This document shows, piece after piece, positions 19,619 through 28,633 of a stretch of DNA of 64,000 nt; position 1 is the stretch's first letter, and every line of letters begins with the position of its first letter. This stretch comes from Desulfuromonadales bacterium (GTDB lineage: Bacteria; Desulfobacterota; JAENJC01): NCBI GenBank assembly GCA_919902985.1, contig CAKKSC010000022.1, forward strand, positions 3,436 through 67,435, given 5' to 3'. Under the pieces are notes generated by a model, which did not search any database, was not told the origin of the DNA, and saw nothing but the letters and a program-made list of their open reading frames with translations. A program made the position numbers and the translations under genes.

Positions 19619-20401
19619 TTAGATCGGAACAAAGTGGTTGAGAGGGTGGTTCCCCTTTCCAATGTCGTCAAACCCGCTCTTTATTCCATTAAGTACATAT
19701 CCCTTGGCCTTCGATACCGCTTCCTTAAGTTCTAACCCCCTTGCAAGGCCTGCGGCAATGGCGGCTGACAATGTGCAACCTGTCCCGTGGCTTAACTTCT
19801 GCACCCTTGTGGCCTCATAAGTCTCAAATTTAATTCCGTCAAAGAGGATGTCGACGGCCTTGCCTTCAAGATGTCCGCCCTTTATCAGGACGCTTTTTGA
19901 GCCTGTTTTACTGAACAGTGCAGTGGCAGCCTCTTTCATGGAGCTTATGTCAGTAACCTTCATTCCCGAGAGGATTGATGCCTCAAGAAGATTTGGTGTG
20001 ATAATGGTGCATAGGTTAATCAGCGTATCTTTTAATATCTGTACAGCTTCCTCTTCCAGTAAAGGTTCCCCGCTGCCGGAAATCAACACCGGATCAAGGA
20101 CTATGTTGGCTACCTTCGTCTCCTCAATAAACTGGCTCACAGCAATGACATTCTCAAGGGTCCCCAACATGCCGATCTTTACCGCATCAATCCTGATATC
20201 CTCGTGGATGCTCTTAAGCTGCTTTACCAGAAAGGCAGAAGGCACATGGGAAACATCCTGGACACCAACTGTGTTCTGGGCTGTAAGAGAGGTAATGGCG
20301 GCCATTCCATATACCCTGTATGCGCAGAATGTCTTTAAGTCTGCCTGAATACCTGCCCCCCCTGATGGGTCGGAGCCTGCTATGGATAATACAGTTTTCA
20401 T
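19619..20401 (-). CDS. thiD: hydroxymethylpyrimidine/phosphomethylpyrimidine kinase
   Basis: LSIAGSDPSGGAGIQADLKTF and ribokinase-like fold motifs. Confidence 0.85.
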   Translation of the reverse strand: MKTVLSIAGSDPSGGAGIQADLKTFCAYRVYGMAAITSLTAQNTVGVQDVSHVPSAFLVKQLKSIHEDIRIDAVKIGMLGTLENVIAVSQFIEETKVANIVLDPVLISGSGEPLLEEEAVQILKDTLINLCTIITPNLLEASILSGMKVTDISSMKEAATALFSKTGSKSVLIKGGHLEGKAVDILFDGIKFETYEATRVQKLSHGTGCTLSAAIAAGLARGLELKEAVSKAKGYVLNGIKSGFDDIGKGNHPLNHFVPI

Positions 20402-21018
20402 ATTTGAAATGCCTCAAGAAACTTTCTTGTTGCTCCCTCTATATCATCTGCTTTAAGAATGGCAGATATCACAGCAGCGCAGTCGGTCCCGGTGTCTATG
20501 ACTTCTTTAAGGTTCTCAAGGTTTATCCCGCCTATGGCCACAACCGGAATATTTACACTCTTCTTTACTTCTCGTAGCGCCTGTAATCCCTTGGCCTCTT
20601 CGGCACCTGCTTTGGTCTCTGTTTTAAATACAGGGCCGAAACCGATGTAATCGGCCCCTTCCTGTTCCGCCTTTAACGCCTGTTCTAAGTCATGGGTCGA
20701 GAGACCTATCACCCTGCCCTTTCCCAAAATCTTTCTTGCCTCGGCAATCGGCAGGTCGTCCTGGCCAAGATGTACTCCATCTGCATTTGACAGCAGGGCG
20801 ATGTCCGCCCTGTCGTTTACTATGAATAGGGACCCAGCCTTTCTTGCAAGCAACCCGATCTCTCTGGACTGCCTCAGAAGCTCCTTTGATGAAAGCCCTT
20901 TCCCCCTGAGTTGTAGAACCCTTGACCCTCCGGCCAATACTCTTTTGGCAAGCTCAATATTCGACAGATCAGGGCGGATAGAATTGTCTATTATTGCATT
21001 GAGGCCCTTGATTTTCAT
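20398..21018 (-). CDS. thiE: thiamine-phosphate synthase
   Basis: FIVNDRADIA...GVHLGQDDLP motifs; overlaps thiD by 4 nt. Confidence 0.85.
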   Translation of the reverse strand: MKIKGLNAIIDNSIRPDLSNIELAKRVLAGGSRVLQLRGKGLSSKELLRQSREIGLLARKAGSLFIVNDRADIALLSNADGVHLGQDDLPIAEARKILGKGRVIGLSTHDLEQALKAEQEGADYIGFGPVFKTETKAGAEEAKGLQALREVKKSVNIPVVAIGGINLENLKEVIDTGTDCAAVISAILKADDIEGATRKFLEAFQI

Positions 21019-21619
21019 CTTTTCATCGATATCATGAATATCGCCGTATCCGCGAAGAGGTTTGGCAATATCTTTGTAACCCTGTTCTTCCTGATGAATA
21101 CCGAGTCCAGCACGCTGAACCCCCTTTTCTCACAATATTCCTCAAAGTCTTTGATGCTTATAAAATGGACGTTTGGGGTATTGTACCACATGTAAGGGAG
21201 GGAGGGGGTTACTGGTGTTATCCCTCCGAAGAAGACCTGCAGGCGCACAGGGTAATAACCGAAATTCGGGACCCGATTATTACCTTCCTCCCGACCCGGA
21301 GGGCCTCTTTGACAACATTGTCCGGGTTCCAGACCTGCTGGAGGCTCTCGTTCAGTATAACGTAGTCGAAAGAGCCATCCCCATATTCGGACAATCCGCT
21401 GTCAATGTCGCCGTGATGGACACTGAGCCCCTTTTCAACACAGGAATATATGGCCTGTTCGCTGAACTCTATCCCTTGCCCCCTGACCTTATTTTCCTGC
21501 TCCAGCAGGTAGAGGAGATCCCCTTCCCCGCACCCTAGATCTAGGACCGAGGCCCCTCCCATCACTATGCCGAGGATCAATTTATGGTCCAGCTTAATCT
21601 CAGTATTTACCACATTCAT
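21015..21619 (-). pseudogene. metW: methionine biosynthesis protein MetW, interrupted by a 1-nt frameshift
   Basis: ORFs 21218..21619 and 21015..21248 are the N- and C-halves of MetW. The frames join (…VIIG / PNFGYYPVRLQVFFGG) if one G is added in the C/G homopolymer at 21272-21274. Confidence 0.7.
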
Positions 21620-22791
21620 TCTTTTACGGCCTTTTCAAGGAAATGCCTGATGAGATGCCCTTGCTGCTCCGATTCAATGAGGAAGGAATCGTGGCCGAAG
21701 GGTGCATCTATCTCGCAGTATGTAGCGTTTAGCCCGGCCATCTTGCAGGCCCTTACGATCTCTTTTGAGTGCTCAGGCGGATAGAGCCAGTCGGTCTTAA
21801 AGGATATGACGAGGACTCTCATATCGCTTTTCTTTAATGCAGGATGCAGACCTCCGGAGACGTCGAAATGGTCCATGGACTTGCTGATATACAGATATGA
21901 GTTTGCGTCAAACCGTTCAACGAATTTATTCCCCTGGTAGCTAAGATACTGCTCTACACCAAAGACAGCAGAAGACTTAAAAGGCGCGGCAATGTCCCGC
22001 CTCTTCGTGGTTTTTTCTTCAAGGGATTTTTCACTCATGTAAGTGATATGCCCGACCATCCGTGCCACGGCAAGCCCCGCAGCAGGCGGCGGGCCGTCGT
22101 AATAATCGCCTGATTTCCAGTTCGGGTCCGCCATGATCGCCTGTCTGCCGACCTCATTGAAGGCGATCTGCTGCGGCGTATGTCTTACCGTTGCGGCTAT
22201 GGGTATGGCGCTTCTCACCCTCTCAGGATAGGATGCCATCCACTGCAAGGCCTGCATCCCGCCCATGGAGCCGCCTGCAACTGCAAGGAGCTTGTCTATG
22301 CCAAGGTGATCGATCAAATGCCTTTGGGCGTTTACCATGTCGTCTATGGTTATCATTGGGAACTTGAGACCATAAGGCGCGCCGGTCTCAGGGTCTATCG
22401 AAGAAGGCCCGGTTGACCCCTTGCACCCGCCGATGACGTTGGAGCAGATGACAAAGTATTTGTCGGTATCAAATCCCTTTCCCGGCCCTATCAGGATGTC
22501 CCACCACCCCGGCTTTTCAGTGCCTTCACGGAACCCTGCGGCATGGGCATCGCCTGAGAAGGCATGAAGCACCAGGACAGCGTTAGACCTTTCGCTGTTC
22601 AGGCTCCCGTAAGTTTCATACGCCAGCATCACTGGAGAGAGCTTCCCGCCGCTCAAAGTGACAAGCTCGTTAAACGTAAAATATCGCGTCTTTACAATTC
22701 CAAGGCCTCCAGCCTTCTCCATATCTGCTTGTTGAGCTGCTTTGCCAGTCGTATTGTGTATATGGTTCATTATATCAATTCTGTTTCTCAT
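21616..22791 (-). CDS. metX: homoserine O-acetyltransferase
   Basis: Alpha/beta-hydrolase with GGSMGGMQ nucleophile elbow and the VLVLHAFSGDAHAAG region; the exact start among several Met codons is uncertain. Confidence 0.85.
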   Translation of the reverse strand: MRNRIDIMNHIHNTTGKAAQQADMEKAGGLGIVKTRYFTFNELVTLSGGKLSPVMLAYETYGSLNSERSNAVLVLHAFSGDAHAAGFREGTEKPGWWDILIGPGKGFDTDKYFVICSNVIGGCKGSTGPSSIDPETGAPYGLKFPMITIDDMVNAQRHLIDHLGIDKLLAVAGGSMGGMQALQWMASYPERVRSAIPIAATVRHTPQQIAFNEVGRQAIMADPNWKSGDYYDGPPPAAGLAVARMVGHITYMSEKSLEEKTTKRRDIAAPFKSSAVFGVEQYLSYQGNKFVERFDANSYLYISKSMDHFDVSGGLHPALKKSDMRVLVISFKTDWLYPPEHSKEIVRACKMAGLNATYCEIDAPFGHDSFLIESEQQGHLIRHFLEKAVKE

Positions 22792-22865
22792 ATTTTGTCA
22801 GTGCCCATTATGTCAAAATCTAAAACTGTTTGTCCAGAAGATAAAAAAACAGGAGTCAGAATTTT

Positions 22866-22906
22866 ATTTGCAATCGCGGCTTGTTTTCAGTTAAGCTATA
22901 ATACTG
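22866..22906 (+). promoter_or_regulatory. conserved ~40-nt upstream element, copy 1 (metX / cupin divergent region)
   Basis: atttgcaatcgcggcttgttttcagttaagctataatactg; ~85% identical to copy 2 at 28569-28608; contains TATAAT. Confidence 0.4.
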
Positions 22907-22934
22907 TAATTCGGTGCTAAGAGGAGTCTAAGTT

Positions 22935-23372
22935 GTGCTAATCCGTCATAAAGGAAATTTCCGCTGGGAGAACATTTCTCTCCTGGCCTATAAGGAGGAG
23001 GGCAACTGCTTCAGGGATATCACCCGGCAGATACTTTTTGAAGGGGCTGCGAACATCCCCTGCCAACTAAGGTATTTTGAGATTGCATCCGGCGGTCATT
23101 CGACTTTGGAGCATCATGAGCATCTGCATCTTGTGATTATTGCGAGAGGTGAAGGGCATGTGCTGATAGGGGATGAGATCCACAGTGTCAGGGAGAACGA
23201 TGTCATGGAGATACCCTCCCACACCTGGCACCAGTTCAGGGCTACCTCGGACAACCCTCTCGGTTTTTATTGTATAGTGAACATCGAACGCGACCGGCCG
23301 GTAAGGCCGAGCGAGGATGATCTTAAATATCTGCGCAGGAAACCGGAGATAGCGGCGTTCATAAGGACATAA
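22935..23372 (+). CDS. cupin-domain protein
   Basis: Cupin His motifs (HHEHLHLVII...GDEIHSV...H); GTG start 9 nt after AGAGGAG. Confidence 0.65.
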   Translation: MLIRHKGNFRWENISLLAYKEEGNCFRDITRQILFEGAANIPCQLRYFEIASGGHSTLEHHEHLHLVIIARGEGHVLIGDEIHSVRENDVMEIPSHTWHQFRATSDNPLGFYCIVNIERDRPVRPSEDDLKYLRRKPEIAAFIRT

Positions 23373-23412
23373 ACGGACATCGAATCATAGAAAAAGCCTT
23401 TAAAGAGGTGAA

Positions 23413-25146
23413 ATGAAAAACGCTATAAAGATGGATACAAATAGCTTGAGACGCCTTGCCGGGTCGCGCTCTTTTGAGCGAGGTGAGGCGTATTTTGAAG
23501 AGGGAAGGGTCGGCAGTCTTGTGGAAGACAAGGGGAGGATCACGGCCTTTGTTCACGGATCGAGCAAATACAGGGTAAAGTTATGGGATGAGGACGGCCT
23601 TGAATACGAATGTTCATGTCCTGTTGGCCAGGACGGTGATTTCTGCAAGCACTGCGTGGCAGTCGGCTTGACCTGGTTGGCAGGAAATGACAATAAGGGA
23701 AAGAACGCCCTCTCTTCAGGCTCAAAGGTTACCTTTAAAGATATACGCTCCTATCTGCTGACGCAAGACAAGGAAATGCTGACGGAGATGATTCTGGATC
23801 AGGCTGCGGAGGATGAACGACTGCGGAATAAGCTCCTATTGCAGGCGGCAAGCAGTAAAAAGGAAGGGATAAACCTGACTGCCTACAGGCAGGCGATTGA
23901 CAATGCCGTAAGTCCCGATGGGTATGTTGGTTATTATGAGATGTACGACTACTCTCAAGGGATAGATGAGGTGGTCTCCTCCGTCTCCGAACTGCTGAAA
24001 AAAGGCAAGGCCGCTAAAGTAATCGAACTCTGTGAGTATGCACTTCGTAAAGTTGAAAAGGCAATCAATCACGTGGATGACTCGGACGGTCACATGGGCG
24101 GCATCCTGGAAAGGCTTCAGGAGCTTCATCTCTCCGCCTGCAAAAAGGCCAAGCCCGACCCGGAGGCGCTTGCAAAAAGACTGTTTGATTGGGAAATAAG
24201 CGGAGAATGGGACACCTTTTACGGCGCAGTCAAGGCCTATTCGGAAGTCCTCGGCAAAAAAGGACTTGCCTTATACCGGCAGTTAGCAGAGGAGGAGTGG
24301 AAAAAGATAAAACCTCTTGGCCCTGGTGAGAAAGACTCTGACCGGTACGGCATGCGATTCAGAGTAACGCATATTATGGGAGACCTTGCAAAGGAATCCG
24401 GCGACATAGAAGCCCTTGTGGCAATAAAGAGCCGCGACCTGTCGAACTCTTATGACTTTTTGAATATTGCCGAGATTTACAAGGGGTCCGGCAACAGAAA
24501 AAAAGGATTAGATTGGGCGGAGCTCGGCCTCAAGACATTCCCTAAAAAGCCGGATTCTCGGCTCATGGATTTTGTGGCAGAGGAGTATCACCATCTCAAA
24601 CGCCACGACGAGGCGATGAAGCTGATATGGATGCAGTTTGAGGAAAATCACACTTTCCATACGTACGATAAATTGAAAACCCATGCGGACAAGACCGGAG
24701 AATGGCCAGCTTGGAGGGAAAAGGCCTTAAAAGCGATACGCGAGGATTTAAAGCGCAACATGAAGGTCGGCAAGTCCCCCTGGCCCTGGATGAAAGGACA
24801 TGACCACTCCCTACTTGTTGAGATTTTCCTCTTTGAGAAAAATATTGATGTCGCATGGAAAGAGGCCAACGATGGAGACTGTTCCGACTCCCTCTGGTTC
24901 AGGCTTGCGGAGGCACGCGAAAAAGGCCACCCGAATGATGCCATAGACGTTTATCAGAAGATGATAAACCCTATTGTTGACCGGAAGAACAACAGCTCAT
25001 ACGAAGAGGCAACAAAGCTTATCATGAAGATTCATGCGTTAATGAAGAATATCGGCGAAGAATCAAAGTTTGCGTCTTATCTAAACTCCGTCAGAAGCGC
25101 TCATAAACCTAAGAGGAACTTTATGAAGCTGTTGGAGCGGATATAA
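23413..25146 (+). CDS. SWIM zinc-finger domain protein
   Basis: N-terminal SWIM CxC-Xn-CxH (YECSCPVGQDGDFCKHC) and a long alpha-helical C-terminal region; RBS AAAGAGGTG. Confidence 0.7.
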   Translation: MKNAIKMDTNSLRRLAGSRSFERGEAYFEEGRVGSLVEDKGRITAFVHGSSKYRVKLWDEDGLEYECSCPVGQDGDFCKHCVAVGLTWLAGNDNKGKNALSSGSKVTFKDIRSYLLTQDKEMLTEMILDQAAEDERLRNKLLLQAASSKKEGINLTAYRQAIDNAVSPDGYVGYYEMYDYSQGIDEVVSSVSELLKKGKAAKVIELCEYALRKVEKAINHVDDSDGHMGGILERLQELHLSACKKAKPDPEALAKRLFDWEISGEWDTFYGAVKAYSEVLGKKGLALYRQLAEEEWKKIKPLGPGEKDSDRYGMRFRVTHIMGDLAKESGDIEALVAIKSRDLSNSYDFLNIAEIYKGSGNRKKGLDWAELGLKTFPKKPDSRLMDFVAEEYHHLKRHDEAMKLIWMQFEENHTFHTYDKLKTHADKTGEWPAWREKALKAIREDLKRNMKVGKSPWPWMKGHDHSLLVEIFLFEKNIDVAWKEANDGDCSDSLWFRLAEAREKGHPNDAIDVYQKMINPIVDRKNNSSYEEATKLIMKIHALMKNIGEESKFASYLNSVRSAHKPKRNFMKLLERI

Positions 25147-25247
25147 AACAGAAAAATTTAGACCAAATTATTCCGGATTCTTTCGCTTGACTATATTGCA
25201 ACTATGCGTAATACTTATGCTTAAGTAACTAATAGCAGGAGGCCTTC

Positions 25248-25529
25248 ATGCAAACAGCAATTTTGAAAACTGAGATTTATAAAGAAATATCCTTGCTGCG
25301 TGAGGACAAGTTAAGCGAGGTCAAAGACTTCATAGAATTTATCCTATCCCGCCAGAAACCTTCAAAAAAGGATGTTGTGCAATTAAAGGGAATTTGGGCG
25401 GACAAGGGTTTTGAAAAAATCGGAAATCTTGAGAAAGAACTTAAATCCATTCAAAAAATGACAATGCAGTCTATTATAAAAGCGAAAGGGCCGTCCAGGT
25501 CAATATTGCCATTATGCGGGCCTTTGTAA
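25248..25529 (+). CDS. DUF2281-like small protein (antitoxin-type), with a non-native 3' end
   Basis: N-terminal [27 protein letters not shown] pattern; the tail overlaps a decayed ORF6N-family remnant. Confidence 0.4.
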   Translation: MQTAILKTEIYKEISLLREDKLSEVKDFIEFILSRQKPSKKDVVQLKGIWADKGFEKIGNLEKELKSIQKMTMQSIIKAKGPSRSILPLCGPL

Positions 25530-25689
25530 AACTCAGGGAAATCCTATCGACACATAAAGAACTTGCCCATAAATTGGCTGAGCATGAAAGGAAGATCGAG
25601 AACACGATGGAGAGATAAAAGTAATCTTTGACGCCATCCGCGGGCTAATGGCGGCACCGGAGCCGAAAAAGAAGAAGATAGGGTTTTGA
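25445..25689 (+). pseudogene. remnant of ORF6N-family gene (C-terminal part, stop + frameshift)
   Basis: ...[41 protein letters not shown], then in the +2 frame VIFDAIRGLMAAPEPKKKKIGF*, matching the usual C-terminus of ORF6N-domain proteins. Confidence 0.5.
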
Positions 25690-25825
25690 GCCTCCCCTCT
25701 TAAGATAAGAGGGTTTATGCCCTGTGGGTAGATTGAGGGGCGTTATGAAAGTGTTCCAGTGGGGAGTGAATTAGCTATGGTGTCCCCGGAATTTCTGAAG
25801 GGCGTATTAGGGGCGCTAAAGTGGT

Positions 25826-26041
25826 GTGCGGAGCGGGCTTAAATCAATCTGTTTGCTAATAAATATGGGAAGTGTCCCTCATTTCCCCTCATTTCCCCTT
25901 GGTATTCAAGAAACAAAGAGCGACAGCGCAACTAAGAACCGCAGGTTCTTGCGCCGTCTTCAACAGATAGATAAGCTTCCAAAACGTGACCAGGAAGCCC
26001 TTTTACGGACGATTGATGCTTTTCTTGCAAAGGGGGAATGA
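25826..26041 (+). CDS. hypothetical small protein
   Basis: 71-aa ORF followed 3 nt later by another small ORF; low confidence. Confidence 0.25.
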   Translation: MRSGLKSICLLINMGSVPHFPSFPLGIQETKSDSATKNRRFLRRLQQIDKLPKRDQEALLRTIDAFLAKGE

Positions 26042-26044
26042 TCT

Positions 26045-26221
26045 ATGCACGATAATTTCGATTCAGCCTTTGACGAACTCCTGGAGAAGGGGTTTATTGA
26101 ATACGTCGAGAAAAGACCGGACGGCGAACCGGAATACCGGCTCACCGCCAAAGGAATTAAGCAAAAGGGGCAGTTGGACTTATTGGAGAGAAAGAAGGGG
26201 GCTAATCTGAACCACCCGTAA
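26045..26221 (+). CDS. hypothetical small protein (58 aa)
   Basis: MHDNFDSAFDELLEKGFIEYVEKRPDGEPEYRLTAKGIKQKGQLDLLERKKGANLNHP; below the ORF-track cutoff; low confidence. Confidence 0.25.
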   Translation: MHDNFDSAFDELLEKGFIEYVEKRPDGEPEYRLTAKGIKQKGQLDLLERKKGANLNHP

Positions 26222-26224
26222 AAA

Positions 26225-27001
26225 TTAAGACCCCTTGAGATAGTAATAGAACATCCAGCTATTTTTGAACATGTGAAATACTATCGGGTGAATCAAAGAA
26301 CCACGTCTTTTATATAGCCACACAAAAAATAAGCCGGTAATAAACACACCGATGCTTGGTAATAAAGGATAAAAATGGGAATGTGTCCAAAGCAAAGATG
26401 ACAGGATGGCGGCAGCAAACCCGCCTAATTTCCTATAAAGTGGGCTATAAAGTAATCCTCGGAATACCGTCTCTTCTACTACCGGAGCAAGAATTACTGT
26501 ATTAAAAAAGTAGAATATGAAGACCTTCCAATTCAGTGATTTAATTTCATTTAACTGCGAATCTAAGGGATTAATAATCAAGTTAAAATTCAAAAAATAG
26601 ATGCTTAAAGCATTAAATAGCAACAGAACTGCGCAGAGCTTCACAATAAAGGGAAACTGGTTAAGTTTCAGATTAAATGCCGTGATAACAGACACCCTGT
26701 GTCTGTAAAAATATACGAGTGCCAAGATAAAGATAAAAGCATAGTCAACAAACGCATAAACCTCAAAGTTAAAAGAATTATATTCAAAGTATTGAACAAA
26801 AGGAATAGCGCTCCAAAACCATTGAATTAAAGCGAGGCTTAGATAAAAGATTAATATTATTATTACAGGGATTAAGGACCAGTTCTGCCTTTTAAGTGAT
26901 TCACTCTCAGGCTCGAACCGATCCTTAAATAATGTCAGCAATAGAAGAAGAATGACAGGGAAATATAAATAGATAAATAGTTGAAAATAGGCCATCCGCA
27001 T
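26225..27001 (-). CDS. CPBP-family intramembrane metalloprotease (CAAX protease/Abi), candidate immunity protein
   Basis: EExxxR motif (VVEETVFRGLLY) and FxxxH (WTHSHF) in a polytopic membrane protein; sits directly downstream of the RHS C-terminal fragment. Confidence 0.8.
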   Translation of the reverse strand: MRMAYFQLFIYLYFPVILLLLLTLFKDRFEPESESLKRQNWSLIPVIIILIFYLSLALIQWFWSAIPFVQYFEYNSFNFEVYAFVDYAFIFILALVYFYRHRVSVITAFNLKLNQFPFIVKLCAVLLLFNALSIYFLNFNLIINPLDSQLNEIKSLNWKVFIFYFFNTVILAPVVEETVFRGLLYSPLYRKLGGFAAAILSSLLWTHSHFYPLLPSIGVFITGLFFVWLYKRRGSLIHPIVFHMFKNSWMFYYYLKGS

Positions 27002-27004
27002 CGT

Positions 27005-27763
27005 TTACTTACAACTTGGTGGTGGCGTCTCAGCATTTGCTGGCTTAGGAGTAAATATATTTGGGTCAAGTATTATTGGAAGAAGAGTTCCTTTTGTTAC
27101 AGTCCTCACAACAGGAGCAATAACACCCTTCCAAGCAGCCTGACCTACCGTCACACCTCCATTTATCCCGACTGTTCCAAACTGTCCAGGTATTGCATTA
27201 CCGCCGGATGGAGTCATACCATTTAAATTAGAAGGTAAAGGTCCCGTATAATTACTCGGCGGAGTATATGGATTATCCGGCATAACGTTCGTAAACCCTG
27301 GGCCAGTTATTCCGAAAAGACCCGAAGGGTCAATCCAGTTCACCGGGTTATTTCCCACGTACCCGTACAGGCTCATATCACCGCCCGCAAACCCGATTGG
27401 GTCTTTTGCCGTCCATTTCCCTGTCTCCGCATCATAATCCCTGGCCCCAAACCTCGTCAGCCTTGTATCCCTGTCATACAAGCCGCCCGCAAAGCCAAAC
27501 GGCTGGAACCCAGGATTGGTATCGTTTATGACTTCTCCGAATTCGTTATAATCAAGCTGCTGCGCTATTGCGCCTGTGGAGGCATTTACCACAAGGCGAG
27601 GGCTTCCAAGATGATCGGTAATGATGCGATATGTAATGCCGCCTTTAATCATGTACTCCGGGATGTTCGTATTGTTAGCATAAACAAATCTTGAAACTAC
27701 GTTTCCAGCGCCGTGGGAAACCTTGGGGACGTTGTTTCTATTCATGTAATTCTTATGTGACAA
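27005..27763 (-). CDS. orphan RHS repeat-associated core + C-terminal toxin domain (5'-truncated)
   Basis: [16 protein letters not shown]...[19 protein letters not shown]...[12 protein letters not shown] hallmark, then a ~105-aa Gly/Pro-rich C-terminal domain. No YD-repeat body; weak TTG start without RBS. Confidence 0.75.
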   Translation of the reverse strand: MSHKNYMNRNNVPKVSHGAGNVVSRFVYANNTNIPEYMIKGGITYRIITDHLGSPRLVVNASTGAIAQQLDYNEFGEVINDTNPGFQPFGFAGGLYDRDTRLTRFGARDYDAETGKWTAKDPIGFAGGDMSLYGYVGNNPVNWIDPSGLFGITGPGFTNVMPDNPYTPPSNYTGPLPSNLNGMTPSGGNAIPGQFGTVGINGGVTVGQAAWKGVIAPVVRTVTKGTLLPIILDPNIFTPKPANAETPPPSCK

Positions 27764-28112
27764 CGTTCAGAAATCCAGGACACTTCCGCTATTCCTCTAC
27801 AATCTTCATCAGTACGTTTTTTATATTAATTTGACGTTAGAATTATTGCGCAGGGGGATAAAGGAGTCAATAAAAATGTTTCGATTAATAAGCCTTTCCT
27901 TCGACAAGCCTGCGACGAGCTCAGTCGAGCACTCAGGATGAACGGTTGTTGAGAGGACATCAAGGACAACTCCACCCCCACCGCTGACAAAACCGCTTAT
28001 AGTTCAAGCGTTCAAAATATCTACATGTGTTTCTGATATTGCTAATGTTGGCTGCGAATAGGGATTAGTTGTAAACCCCTGTGGTGCGGTGAATGAAAAA
28101 ATATTACGTCCG

Positions 28113-28457
28113 CTAAACTGCCGCGTACACGACCTTTCCCGTCCTTTTGATTTCGCCCAGGAATGAAGCTTTGTCCGCCTTGCTGAACTCATCAGGAGAA
28201 CAGCCTATGGGTTCTACAACTGATAAATATTTTGATATCGCCTTTGCCAGTTTTTCCTGTATCATCAAGATGCCCTTCCCGGCAAAAGAGGGTGATATTA
28301 TTGCAATATCCACATCGGAGAACTCTCTTGGGTTGCCATTTGCATAAGAGCCATACAAAACGATCTCCTTGACCTTTATCTTGTGAGCCTCAAGGTCGTA
28401 AACCACATTATCTATTATCTTCTTTAAATCTCCCTGAGATAGTTTTGCTTTAGCCAT
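28113..28457 (-). CDS. nucleotidyltransferase-domain protein (MNT-type)
   Basis: LYGSYANGNPREFSDVDIAI minimal nucleotidyltransferase motif; no intact HEPN partner next to it. Confidence 0.75.
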   Translation of the reverse strand: MAKAKLSQGDLKKIIDNVVYDLEAHKIKVKEIVLYGSYANGNPREFSDVDIAIISPSFAGKGILMIQEKLAKAISKYLSVVEPIGCSPDEFSKADKASFLGEIKRTGKVVYAAV

Positions 28458-28568
28458 TTTATAACCTCTTTGCTTTTCTTTAAATGCTCTTCTGCGGTCG
28501 TTTTGTTAAACTGCCTGGCCAGTTTTGCAAAATCTTCCGGGTATCGAAATCCAGTATAAAGGAATTTC

Positions 28569-28608
28569 ATTTGCAATCACAGCATATTTTCAGTTAAGCT
28601 GTATCCTG
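28569..28608 (+). promoter_or_regulatory. conserved ~40-nt upstream element, copy 2 (metY leader)
   Basis: atttgcaatcacagcatattttcagttaagctgtatcctg, 25 nt upstream of the metY start. Confidence 0.4.
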
Positions 28609-28633
28609 CAATCTTGTATAAGGAGTTGAATAA

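Noticed and set aside
22792-22934. SAM-I riboswitch or sigma54/sigma70 consensus in the metX / metY leaders
   Set aside because: Only isolated words (GGTGCTAA, TTGCA, TATAAT) match. Spacing and the required paired elements are absent, and a computational riboswitch scan would be needed.
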